Assembly: GCF_009914755.1 (NCBI RefSeq)
Contig: NC_060927.1
DNA length: 64,000 nucleotides
Source: the human T2T-CHM13v2.0 reference genome, Homo sapiens
Direction: 5' to 3' (one strand)
Positions 49,580 through 62,439 of the stretch are shown here, piece by piece (the first letter of the stretch is position 1; each line of letters begins with the position of its first letter). Under the pieces are notes generated by a model. The model did no database searches. It was not told the DNA's origin and saw only the letters and a program-made list of their open reading frames with translations. A program made the translations under genes and the position numbers.

Positions 49580-51010
49580 CTTAGCAGACAGGCCGCCAGC
49601 GAGCCTGCACTGTCACCTTCCCCACCTCAGGTTTCCAGGTCCGTGGCTCCTGACCTGAGAGCCGCTCTCTTCTGAGAGGGTCTCCCAGTCCCTTGCTGGC
49701 CCAATCTCGGTTCCTGACTTTCCACCCCCGAACCCTCCCCGCTCTCCAGGGAACCACGATCCAGCCCTCCAGAGAGGTTCTCCTGGGCTCGCCGTTTCGC
49801 CCACGGGGTGCGGGGAACGAACCCAACTGGACACACTGTGCACCCGGAAAAACAGACGGTTCCAAATTCATTTCCGCATTTGAGTCTAGAGTCAGCAAGA
49901 TCTTGGCCGCCCGCCTGCGCCTCGGAGCAGCCCACGAGCCCGTGAAGGCGCGTGGGGAAGGGGGGCCTGGAAAGCCCGGGCTTCGACTCACTCGGCCAGT
50001 ACCGCTCCGAGGAGGGGCCTCAGCCTCCTTCGGAGCCAGGGCCGCGCCCGAGCCGCGCTAGGCCAGGGGGCCGGACGCGCACGGAAGGGGGCTGGCGGAC
50101 ACGGCCGGGTGGTGGCGCAGTTCCTGGGGGCACAGGGCAGCCCAGCCCGCCGGCCCGCGCCTCCGCTTCCCCACTCCAGCGAAACTGGACAAGGCCGACC
50201 CACCCAGCCGGGCCCGATCCCTCAAGACACTTTCAGCCTCAGCCCCCGTTTCTCCTCGGGTTTCCACAGACCCAGGAAAGGACAGAGGCGGCGAGCAGGC
50301 TGACAAGTTTATTCTAGAGGCTTTGAAAAATGAGGTTTCCAGGTCTCTTCGCACGCGCGCGCGCGCGTTCTCGGGCTAAAGGTTCGAAGCTAGAGTTTGA
50401 ATTTAAGCCACGTCCTGGGACAGGTCGCGTTCAGCGTGGGCGTCGGCCCCGCCGCGGCCCCAGGCCTCTTCGAAGTGCGCGTCAAGTGGGGTGTCGGGTC
50501 GTTTTGTTTTTTCTCTAAGTGAATAATTCAATCGTGTTAGGCCAGATTACATGCTCATAATACCCAGGTGTATTTAAAAGCACCCGCGTTTCTAAACCTC
50601 CCGCAGAAAGTGGGAAGCAATCGCCCCCTCGGACCTGGCGCCGCTGCGCCTGCTGGAGCCTCGCTTCCCCACAGTCGGGCGGCCAGTGGAGGGCGAGGAG
50701 CGCGCGCGTCACGAGAGGCGGCCCCGGCCTCCCAGAGCCCGCACCGGGAGGCCGAGGGCTCGGGACTCGAGCCTTCTGAGTCCGATTTCTTTCCACGTGC
50801 AGAGGGTAGAAAGTGGCCAGTCAGGGCGTGATTGATTGCTTAAGGAAAGAGAAGCTACAGCTTTCACGGTAGTTGATAACTAAAGCATGACATGATGCCA
50901 TCTGTGTGAAACTCGTGATGTGTGTGGTCATTGGCTCCCTGGAACATCCAGACCCTGATCGTGCGTATCGTGTTTCCTTATAAGCAGCACTCGCGATTTA
51001 AAAACAGGTC
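49580..51010. promoter_or_regulatory. CpG island
   Basis: Sharp rise in GC and CpG density, non-repeat sequence, contains (CG)7 at 50354-50367. Confidence 0.92.
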
Positions 51011-54000
51011 CCGGTGCCCCTCTTGCTGATCCTCTCTGCCATTAGCCCGCTTAATTCCCTTTTTGTAAATTCCCCTCTTTACCTTTCTTTCGTCCCTCCC
51101 TCCCTCTCTTTCTTCTTTCCTCCTCTCCTTTTCCCCTTTCTCTTTTTCTTCCTCAATCTAGGTCGTTTCTGCTGAATGATATTTATTCACCGAAGTCCCA
51201 ATCTGAGGGTGAGGGGAAAACCCCACCCTCCACATCTCCCCAGCTAGGCTTGCGCTTGTAAAATATGGGGTTCAGCTTTGGCTCCAGAGCGCTTTTGAAC
51301 AGTAAAGTTTCCAATTCAGAGCCACCTCTAAATAAATGCCCATAAATTTCCCAACCCCGTGAGAAAGCCATTTCTACAACCCAGCATCGTCTGGGTGATG
51401 TGTGTTTGTTCCAACTAGAGAGGCACTGGTCAGTCACCTCAGTTTCTGCCCTCCGGATACAGAAAGTGCTTTTGTTTGTGTTTTTTGGTTTGTTTATTGT
51501 TTGTTTTTTTAAAAGCAGCTTTCCAGTTGTAGACTACTGGTTCCTGATTCCCTCATCTATCAAGACAGTTTGTCAGTTTGGCCCTGCACCTTGCGTTTCA
51601 CATTCTACATTTTTTAGTTAAACGTTGAAGCCTTTCCCTATGTCAGATGGGATGTCATTGCATTACAGTTTTTGAGACAACTTTTGCGGACTTGCCTAAA
51701 AAAATATGTCGTCCTGATCTGCCACAGGAGAGCGAGGTCAACTGAGGGATTTTTCAGCTTTCTTATGGCTGGGATTGAATAGATCCAAGTAATAAGATAT
51801 CTCAGGTTTCCTCACCTTTAGTCACCTTGGGCTACTCATGGATGCACTCCTATCTTACAGTCTTAGATTCAGCCCAAAACCCCTCAGTGGAAAGAAGACA
51901 GCAGTTCAGATTCTTCTTTCAGGTTGTTGTAAAAAAAATGAAATGGCTTTTTTTCAGTTAGGAGCATCCTTTGTAAGTTTTGATATCCAAAAAATACATA
52001 TGACACAAGAAGCAGGAAGAGATCTTCAGTTATTCCAGTGGATTACTTTTTTATGAAAACACTGGCTAAAACATTTTACATTCACCCTTCCTCATTCCAC
52101 TTTTAGTTGGAAGAAGTTTCTAGTATTGATTTAATTTTGTATAAGGCCCCTACCCTCTCCTACAATACCATTAAGTAACAAATTCACCCACCTTAGCCTT
52201 TTCTGGTGAAAGTCACTCTTGATTTACTCTCTTCACTTCCCTTCTACCCCCAATGCACTCACACTTTTACAGACACATTTTTCTTGATCCAGAGAGTATT
52301 GGGAGGTACATAACTTTTTAGTATTGTCTTGACTTTCATTCTTTTCTAACTGAGATTGGACTCTTTATCCTGTGATACAAAATGAATTTTTGAGAAACAA
52401 CCATGTGAAAAATTACTTAATTTTCTGTTTTGATGTATTTGTTTTTCAAGCTTCATAGGAAAGGCTTTAGTTGGTGTTTAAATGATAGTCCATAAAAATT
52501 CCTTATTAGATGACTCCAGACCAATTGTAAACCAATAACATAATTGTTTCCAAAAGGGAAAGTGGAAGTTGAGATCAGTTAGTCGAGGGATTCATTTGAG
52601 TGTGTTTATCTTTAAAATGGTTTATGAGAAGAAAGGGAGAAATGAACTGGGTGGAGGACAGAGGTAGAGAATCCAGTGAAAACATGTTTTTAAGATTAAA
52701 GCCATTTTTCCACATTATTTTCTTGCCACAAGTGACAACACAGAGCAGGAGTCATGAAAGTGGATTACTGTCACTCTGGGCTATTGGAGGCCCAGAGAGC
52801 CCTGGCATTAATTCCTATAGAAAGGTAGACAAACCTAGTCAGTAACTAACACTGTCCCCCACAGCGCCCTCACTGCCAAGTGTTCAGGCTCTCTCAGAGT
52901 TGATACAGACCTCAGGGGGGTCTAGGTGGCAGGGCTTCCCTTGTGAGAGGAAGCGGAGGCTCTCTGTGGAACTGAGAGGGAGGAAGCCAGGTGGCTGTAA
53001 GAGCAAGCCTGAGGGGATAGGGTGCTGTAATAGGAAGGCTGTGGCCACCAGTCCCTCACATGGCTGCAATTAGTGAGTCAAAGCTAGCTAATGATGAATC
53101 AAAAAGAGCCAAGAGTAGGACTTTCTGGGTGCTAAAGACTAACCTTTAGCTTGTTCCACTCCTCCCACTGGGCTCCCATCCTAGGTTTTCCAGGATTGGA
53201 GACCTTACTGGAGGAAAGGGCAAGTATGTTAAGAAAACATGCCTAGCCCCTGTCTAGCATGCGCATACTGGCGGGGTCTTGCAGAGATGGGGAGAAACAC
53301 CTTGGGATGAAAGAAGCCCTCAGTGATCTGTGTGTCTGGCTCATACAGTTGTGCACGGCCAACCAGAGAGTGGGGGAGAGGAAAGCCTCATTTTTTTTTC
53401 AGTCACTCTATCTGGGGTTGCTTATCTCCTCTCCCCCAACCCTCTGCCTCACCCCACCAGGACCAAATAGAATTGAAACTTCATTGCCTTTGCCTGTACT
53501 GAGCCTAAAAACTCAGGGTTTGATAAGGTTACTGCACCAATGATACAATTGTAGATTTTTAAAAGCCTCCTCAAAGAGACAGATGTTTGGGCTGATTAAG
53601 AATTGAGGAGGAAACCTGCAGCTGCACCAAGGAATAATCTATTGGACAAATATTGTAATAAAAAAATATGAAGAGATCAGCCCGACCTTGCAAGGTCTTC
53701 TGCTTTAAAAAAATCTTTATCAAACCCCTATTCTATGGCTTCAATAAACAGAACCCATTACCTCACGGCATCTTTTGTTGGCCCCATACAAGAGAGAACA
53801 AAATGGTTATTCAGGGGAACGCTTTCGATTTTTATTGTGGGTAGCCTGCACAAAGAGCCGTGTTATTGTATTTAAAAGAACCATCTGTAGCAGAAACAAT
53901 GGCATCAAATTATCTTTGAATACCCACTGAAAAAACATAAAGCTTTTTTTTTTATTCTTCTTCTGTACGGTGGGGGGATAGAGCAGTGTTAGGATAACTG

Positions 54001-54029
54001 ACTTTTTTGTTGTTCTCTGGGTGCATTCT

Positions 54030-54104
54030 TCTCGCTCCCCCTCTCTCTCCCCCTCACCCTCTCTCTCTTCTCTCTCTCCCTCTCCCTCTCTCTCTCTCTC
54101 TCTC
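54030..54104. repeat. (CT)n pyrimidine tract upstream of the exon acceptor
   Basis: Near-pure C/T run. Confidence 0.9.
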
Positions 54105-54160
54105 TTTTAAAAAATCAGCCATTTGGGGTTTTAAGCCATAAACGATTTTTCTTGTTGCAG

Positions 54161-54446
54161 GGGATTGCAGTGGCAAAGCTAGGCTAGGTCTTGGAGGCTG
54201 GTGTAAGGCGATGTGGGTGAAGGCAGGAGGCTGATGGAAAGACTGGGGGGAAGAAAAGCCGAAATGGATTCACGGTGCCTTGGATGAAGGACGAGAGGGG
54301 AACTGCAAGCTCCTTCAACTGGTTCTGTCCGGTGAGAAGTGATCAAGCTTGGGCTGACAAGAGGCTCAGGGAGCCCTCACGTTCTTTCGCTTTTTTACCT
54401 GCCAATCAAACTGCTACAAGACAACACCCTGATCTGGCATGGACAT
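54161..54446 (+). ncRNA. SOX2-OT: Internal exon (286 bp) of the SOX2 overlapping transcript lncRNA
   Basis: Acceptor tttttcttgttgcag| and consensus donor |gtaagt; contains TGCTACAAGACAACACCCTGA, which I recall as SOX2-OT exonic sequence; N3- and N2-like enhancers flank it in the expected order. Confidence 0.85.
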
Positions 54447-55190
54447 GTAAGTAGCTTGCAACCCAACTTTGACATTCACTGCTAGCTCACTCCTCCCCCC
54501 ACCTCACTTTCTTCCCCACTCATTCTGTTTTTCTTTCTTTTTTTTTTTTTTCTTTTGACCTTTAAGAGATCTGGAAATACACCCTGTGTGGCAGTCATTT
54601 AACACTGGTAGATTTAAGTCTGAAAGCGTTAACTTTTGGAATTAAATTCTAATTTAGATTTAACAAATGCAGAAATGAAATGACATTATTTCATCCTATT
54701 TTGGACGGTTTTGGTACTGAACTTAATCAGTTGTCTTACAAGGGTGTGTTTCTTTTACTATGAAACTGAAGAAATAGATCTGTGAGCCCCCAGAAAGAAA
54801 CCCACTAATGAAAAATTCAGGCTTCCATCTTAAAAATGTTAAACTCTAGCATTTCACCCCCATAAAGAACCTCTTCCAGACCAATGTTACTAAATGGAAA
54901 GAGTGATTTGATTCAAAAGGTACATATCATTAAGGGGTTGCTACTACTTCAATCGGCGTCTTAACTATTTTGGTGGTGGTTACGGGTAGGGGGAAGTTGC
55001 AAAACAAGAGGAAGGGGACATGGCGATACCTCGTTTTTTATAAGAGATTGACATAGAGGAAGATAGAAATGCATGGGGGCAGAATAAGCAGGAAATATTA
55101 CCTGAGAGAAGGAATTACAGAGCATGGCGAAGCTGGAAGGTGGGAGGGTTTCTGCGGGAAGTCGAGCGAGGGGTGATGGGGCTTGCTCTT

Positions 55191-55209
55191 TGGCGCCCTC
55201 TAATGGCAA
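55191..55209 (-). promoter_or_regulatory. CTCF motif
   Basis: Minus strand TTGCCATTAGAGGGCGCCA versus consensus CCASYAGRKGGCRS. Confidence 0.65.
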
Positions 55210-56584
55210 CTTGAACCAATGTTTTACTTTCGTAATGCAGTACTGGGAAAAGCAGCTGGGTTTTTGTTATTGCTGTTGGTTTTTTTCCTCCGCAGACTTA
55301 GAAACTAGAGACTATTAGTGGAGTAAATTGATTGTTTTCAGCCTAGGAACTTATATATATATGTCTTAAACTCACCAGTGTTTCCTCCTCAAACATCCCC
55401 TCCTCTCCCTAAATCTTGTTAGACTAATAGAAGAGGACAGGCTAATGGCAAATTGACTTATGGAGGGTGGTCCACGCCCAATTAGCCATTGCGGGCGGGG
55501 GAGAGGGTGTAGGATTCGTTTCCTACCTGAACAGCATTCTGACTCTTCTAACATACTCGAGAGGTGTAGGGGGTGGAGTAGGAAGGGATGATTTGGAAAT
55601 TGCAGATTCTGACATGGGCTCATTATAATACACTTTTAAGGGGGCTCTTGGGAACCTCTGTTATTGCGACATGTGGTGGTCAGGGGGCTTTCCTTCCCGC
55701 CTTCTTTTTCTTTTTTCTTTTTCTTCTTTCTTTCCTTCTTTTTTCTTTTCTTTTTTTTTAATTTGATAGATAAAGGTTAATCTTGGGCTGAATGATAGAG
55801 CTATGATTGACAAGAGAAAAGGTGTTGAGGGCAGGTCGCGCTGTCTTATTTACAGCCCACTGCTTGCTGTAGAGTCTTTGTTAGGACTGGAAAGCTAATT
55901 TAGTGCTGATCAAAAGCACCACAGAGTTAAAGGACTGGTAATGACTGCTAATTTCATTTCAGCCTCATGCATCCCCAACTGCTGTAATTAAAGACACGCT
56001 ATTTAAATACAGGTGAAGGGTTTTTTTTTTTTAAGTTGGGTTGGGGGGGGGTGGGTGGGTGGATTACAATTTTATTTAGATCTTCTACTCTACTTGGGTG
56101 TTATGTAGTCCCAAATTAGATTTTATTATTATTATTATTTAGAGCCGCTCCTTGTCATTTATACCTGGCTTTGCAGAATCGGAAGTGTGAAATGTGTCAC
56201 TCACATAAAAGCCCCTGTTTAAAGAAAGGGTGGGACGGGGGAGTGCAGAGGAGTAACTATTTAGGGGTGATTTAAATATTTAGGTCTCCTTTTTTTCTCC
56301 TTCAAATTAATAGAAAGGCCTTCGATATAGTTAAAAGTATTTGAAACTGGGGGCAAGGTTAACAGGCCAAAGGGATCAGTGTCAGCTTTTTAAGTACTTC
56401 TAAAAAGATCATGTGAACAGATGGAAAAATATATTTTTAATTAAATAATTTCCCCCACACTATAGCTGCAGTGTTGGCTCAGAAACCGTGTAATTTCTCA
56501 TCCGATAGGAGTTTCTTTATGAGAACATCAAAGGATAAAAAGCTCTGCATTTTCGTAGTTGGTTAAAATTGATAACCACCCCCC

Positions 56585-56634
56585 CATGCGCGCGCGCGCA
56601 CACACACATACACACATATACACACACACACACC

Positions 56635-56689
<55 letters not shown>
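56585..56689. repeat. (CG)5-(CA)n compound microsatellite
   Basis: Alternating purine-pyrimidine tract with one interruption near 56633. Confidence 0.95.
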
Positions 56690-56834
56690 CCCCAAAAAAG
56701 AATTTAGCCTTTAATCTCTTTTTATCCACGAAGACTAAAGCTCTGTACTCGACCCCGCGAGCGGCTCTCGCCTTCCGGGGCTGGAACCCGACTCAGATGT
56801 GAAGCGGCACTGAGCCGCTGCGCAGGTTCGTGCC

Positions 56835-56853
56835 CAGCGCCCCCTGTTGGACA
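56835..56853 (-). promoter_or_regulatory. CTCF motif in a small CpG-rich patch
   Basis: Minus strand TGTCCAACAGGGGGCGCTG. Confidence 0.7.
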
Positions 56854-58299
56854 CAGTAGGAGCTGCGCAGCGCCAGTCCCAGAAATCGCTGGAATCCTGC
56901 TCTGGGGTTAGAGAAAACTCTTTTATTGCCCTCCAAAAAAGAAACGGGATGCGAAAACAAATTTTTATATCCTTGAAAAATAATATAATATTAACTCAAT
57001 AAAAAACTAAAGAGGCGATACTACAATTTTAATTCAATAAAAAATAAAGACTGTCCTCCTCACATCCCAGCCATCCCCCACCCGGTTTGGTTTTGTAACT
57101 CTTTTGAAAGGTTCTGCGATGGTAAAACAGGTAAAGAAAAGTGACGAAAAACAAAGCATTTTTCTGTAGCCGTGGAGAATCAAGCAAAGTATACTTCCTC
57201 CGTTTTGTCCACATTTCAAAAAATTAAACGGAAGATGCTGCTGCTTGCTGTTTTGACGTTGTCAGCAGCGTCTTGAATGCCCTCAGAGGTCCTGCAAGTA
57301 TCGTAACTGAGCCTTCGAGTAAACGAAATAACTTGCTTTTATGTGTTTATTTCCAGAGTATAATTAAAAGACCAGTCTCTTCTTTGAGTGTTTCCCATCC
57401 CCTAGACCAATCCTGGTCAAAGTTTTTCCTTCCCAGATACTGGCTAAGAAACACATACTGGCTAAGAAACAGGTGCCTGGTATCTTTTTTCTTTCATCTT
57501 AGCCGTAGGATTTCGGGGAAGGTGTGCCAATGGTAGGGAAGGTTTTCTTTGAAATTCAGCATTTCGTTGACCAGGAATCCAAATTATCCTAGGGAAGGGG
57601 GAGTATTTTTACACTTCCAAAAAACTACCTGTCTACATAATAAAGAGCTTTGCCTTTTTTATTATTATTATTTCTTCTTCTTCTTTTTGGTCAGCAAGTG
57701 AGGGCAAAAGTAGCCTTTGAATTATTTCAGAAAGAGAAACTGTAAAAATGGCACATCCTCTGAATTTAAAACAATAGGGAAATGTGGGTTTGCTTAATTG
57801 TTTAAAATCAAATAGAAATAATTACTGTGCTAAATGAACAAGATGTTTTAAGATTTACATCTTCAGGGTTATGGTTATTGATTTTAACTTTACCCTTAAG
57901 AAGTTTAGAGATCGCGTTTTTAAAGTTTGCTTATTGACGGAAATCGGCTTAATTTTTCATAAAAGAATGGCTTTTTAAAATATTGAATACTATGGCTATG
58001 CAAGGTTTATGATACCTTTATGTTTATTCTTCCCACCTCCCAAAATTAGCGAATTCGAGATAACATTTCAAGGGGAATTGCTATTTAGTGCGATGAGAGA
58101 TGACTTCTCCATCTGGTTCCAGAATTAGATCTCGGCTTAGGTTTTTTAGTAAGTAGGTTCAGATGCAATGGAAGGAGAGAAGAATCAAGCCTTTTGATAA
58201 AATCTCTACCCCGAATTCTATGGAAAAGACAGGCAAGCGGGATTCCAGCCACAGCACCCCCACCTTTTGCTCTACCAAAAGGCTTGTCCCCATTACAGA

Positions 58300-59065
58300 A
58301 ATAATATAGTCGGTGCTAGTTTTGTGAACCCGCGCCAACCGATAAGGTAAGAAACGGTGCGCTGACAGCCGAGGTCCGAAGGCTGCTCAGTGGTTCCCGC
58401 AGCCCGTGGGGTAGGGAGGCCAAAGCCAGCAAAATGTTGGAGGCGACGCCAGAAAGAGAGTATATGCCTGCTATTCGGAAGTGATGTCGAACGTGCAATA
58501 GCAGAGTCCTGGAGATTTCCACCCCGTTCCGCACCCAGGGATCCCAGCCTGTGGGGTAGCAGGTTGTTGGGTGAAGGCAGGAGGGAGAAGCCGCACCTGG
58601 CTGAGGGCGGGTGGGCGTGCCGGGAGCGAGTGCCCAACTTTCTAGGGCCCATGGAGAAAGCATAACCCCTAGTTGAGGAAAGAGAGCTAAACAAGTGGGT
58701 GGCCCAGGCCTGGGAATGCCACCCAGCTCTCCCGACGCAGTGTTATTTCTGTGGTCCCAGGGGGCCCCAGCACCTGCCCGAATCCCACTCCCCAAGGCCG
58801 CCAGCAGGAAGGCAGCCCCTCCATCTTTGAGGGCTGAGGAGGGGGCAGCGAGTGACTTGATTCCTTAGTAGCAGGGAAAACCGCAGCGGCTGGCAACGGG
58901 CCGCGTTTCTCCGCGGCGGCAAAGCGCCCTTTAGGGGCGGGGCGGGCATTTTTGGTCTCCTGTCCCAGCGTCCAGGCCTGAGCCCGCGCGGGTTGGCTGG
59001 GCGCCCTGCTTTGTAAGTAACCAATCTTGCTGGATTCTGAGGACTATCCAGGCGGATGGGCCCAC
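58300..59065. promoter_or_regulatory. CpG island / GC-rich promoter-like region
   Basis: High CpG density, tandem GC boxes ggggcggggcggg at ~58934-58946, CCAAT at ~59021. Confidence 0.75.
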
Positions 59066-62000
59066 TTAGCTTAGGCCCACTGAGACCCTGCCAACTCCTC
59101 AGACCCTTTTCCCCTTCATCCCTCACACCTTTCATGATGAACCCAGGAAAGAACCCGAACTCTGAAAAACAGTACATGTGGTTTGAAGTTTGATAGTTAT
59201 TTGGGTGTGAGGGACATGACTCTATTAATAAAGACTAAGATTCAAGGCTGAGCTCTCATTTATTAAATTTGCTCTTTCACTCTGTTTTCAAACTCTGGAG
59301 ATCTTTCAGTTTCGTTGCTCCAACCCTGACACAGACAAAGGCGCCAGGGAGAAAGCCCAGGCGGGCTTGAAGCAGTTGAGGTATAGACTGATACTCATCT
59401 CTCCATCACTCAGACGGGCAGATAAGCACTGCCAGACTGGGGGTCCTAATCCAGGGCCCAGCGGCTACGTGGGTTGCTGCGGGGTGTTGAAACCACAAGT
59501 ACAACTTGACACCATTGAGCCCACGGTGCTTGTCAATAATCTGTGAATTAGGTGCAGAGATTGTCACTGTAGATCATAACAGTTTCTGAAGGACTCATTA
59601 CAGCCTATCGTGTCAATGATCTTCAAATTAAGGAGGGGAGGTGGGGCGAGACGAAAAAGGAGTGGGGAGAGCCAGCAAAAAGGGAAGAAGGGTGGGAGGG
59701 AAGATAAAAGTCAGAGCCCCAGCTCCGAAGGAGCCTTTAAAGATTATCAGGCCAGCGATCTGAGAATTCCATTGGGATGGGTTTGGAAACCCAACTCCAT
59801 CTGAGCCAGGACTGGAAGAGGGGCGCTGGGGGCAAGCAGAAGTGGGCCCCTGGGAAGGCCGACTTCTCAGGCATTTCTTTTGAGGCCGGAATAGCTTTTG
59901 GGAGAGGGTTCTAGATGTCAATGGGAGGCCTTGAGGATGCCAGCCCGCCCAGGATGGGTGTACACTTTGATTTAGAGCACTTTCCAGGGCAAGCCGCAGC
60001 TGCAGATCTTTGAAAAAAGTGGTAATAGTTTCGTTTAGGGATGATGGTGATTGTAGGATGACTTTTTTTTTCCAATGGTTTGCTTTAACTTCTTTTCATG
60101 CCACAGGTGAAAGCTTTCTTCCTTTTCCTCTGATAGTATTCCTGTCTGTCCCTCACATGTTACGTAGATCTAATTTCTTTCCCCAACTTGTTTTTTTGGG
60201 TGCCAAACACATCAGCCCTCTGAGATTTTATCACTTTTGTGGTTTGTATTGAGTCCAACTGTAATTCTGGAAAGGGAACTTGTGGATAACACAGTAGCAG
60301 TATGTTCCATAAGATTCCAGAAGAAAGAAGACTAAATTCCATTTATGCGGTGTGGCAGGGGCCAGGCTAAGGGAAAGAGGTTTTCCGTGCTTGGTAAATT
60401 GTCCTTGCAGTGAAAGGGTAGCCCAGCCTTCACTGGAGTGTCATTTAATACTGGCTAGAGAAAGGTTAAGGAAAGTGTAGGTTTGTTTTTCCCACAAAAG
60501 TTGTGGTCACAACTAAACGAAGTAATCACAGTTGGAGAATTTAAAACAACTGTTTTTTCTCTAAAATGAGGGTAATAACCCTAGCCACTGGAAAATTGGG
60601 ATTCTAAGGAAAACCTTTTCCTTTGGTATAATTAATTGCATAAGATAGTGTGGTCAATCAGAGACATATGTATTTAGACTCAAGCAATGATTTACAGGTG
60701 TAAAAGGTCCAGTGGCTTTTTGGGCTACCTGGAGTTCCTACTGATCATTTTGCCTTTTAAAAAATTTTCTTCTAATTTTAAAAATAAAAGTCATAGATTT
60801 AATGCAACTGAAAACCACTGATGGCAGCTCTTCAGGTTTTCAGTTTATGTTTTTAAAGGGAATTTATATTTAAAATAATTAAATCATTTAATGGTCACAC
60901 TACATTTTCTCCTGGACAACAGCTGTAGTGCAGGGATAGAATCTTAACTTACATTAAAATTGCTTGATAATTCAGAAATGGAAATGAAATTGTGAATTAA
61001 TTTCTCCAGAAAATATTTGAGCTAGAATATAAGAAGGATGTTCATATATAATACTGTAAGTAACATGATGATTATTATATGCAGCTTGAAAGACCTACAC
61101 AAATGATTATATACTACTTCTGTTGCTATAATTTAAAGTAAGGGGAAATATATTTAGTTTTATAACTATTGAATTCTTTTCAAAATGTATTTATTTCATC
61201 AATGAGAATTAGATGAGAGAGAATGAGTAAAAAGGGGAGCTGAATGCAAAGCTGTTCTGCATTCCTTAGGTTTCAAGGGTACTTACAGCTCTTGAGTGAA
61301 ATTATTTGGTGAAATTGGGTCTGGACTGAAACAGCAATTGTTATCCCTTGTTCATTTGTTAAGTGTAATACCACTTCTGGAAATTAAAGGCAAGGTGCTG
61401 AAGGGACAGACAAGAAGAAAAAAATATGATTAAGCAATTTGAAATTGCCAATGTACCATGCAGCCATATGCATATCTCTATCTTAGTAAATAGAAAGGGA
61501 TAGAGATATATGTTTATTCTTTTTATCATCTGGAAACATTCATTATAGTTACTGTCACTAATCCTTCACACTTCCAAAATCTGACAAGTTTGACATAGGA
61601 AAAAAATGGGGGAAATGTAGATGAAAGAGTTTCTATCATTTTGAAAATTGTGTTATAAAAATTAAGATGTCTATCCCCTCTAGGAATTCCTATGAGGGAT
61701 CCTTCACAGTCTAAAGGAAATGAAGTTTGACAATGGTACAATTCAGTTTTGAATTTTTGCTCTTACTTTCTATATCCTAACCTTTTCCAGCTTATTTCTT
61801 GTTAATTGTTTTTGGAAAGTATGCAATGCTCTTTTAAGGGAAAAAAAATCTTCTAATGCACTTATTTACCTTCATTTATATGTGTTTGTTTCTGAAATGA
61901 AGAATCAAGCTTTGGTCATTCCGGAAGTCGTGTAGCATGCTCCAATTTGAAGTGACTGAGATCTTTTGTGACTTACAGAGGAGAAGGAAATGTTTTAAAA

Positions 62001-62439
62001 ATTGGCTTATGCCAGTCTCCTTACTCTGAAATTCTCAATTTTCTTGTATTACAGGATAAATATAAATATCATCTCACCAAATTGTACCAGCATTGTCCTA
62101 AACATTTAAATTTTCCTTTATTTTTGGCCTTTAAAATTAGAAAATTTTCTCCAGTTGCTGCACTTAGCTTTTTAATTTTGTTTTCTTTTCACTTACCAGA
62201 CTACTGGTATGATCTCTTTCACTGCAGTATGATTGCTGCTATGGTCACTTTTAGAGGAGATTGTGGGAAGGTTAGGATTTGGAGGAAACATGACAAAAAA
62301 GGGAAGAAAAAAAAAAACCTTCATTTGACCACATCTGGCTGCTTGTATATTTAACCAGTTCTAGAATTAGAAAACCTTTCTGTACATTTTCTTCTATTTT
62401 TCTCACTTTTTTCCTTACATAATGAAATTAAAACTTTTG

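Noticed and set aside
49581-50831. Overlapping R/P/G/A-rich ORFs on both strands
   Set aside because: Expected from stop-codon scarcity in a CpG island; no recognisable domain. The same applies to 58293-59177.
60806-60845. Hairpin AACTGAAAACC...GGTTTTCAGTT as a pre-miRNA
   Set aside because: The 11-bp stem over 40 nt is too short, and such inverted repeats occur by chance in 64 kb.
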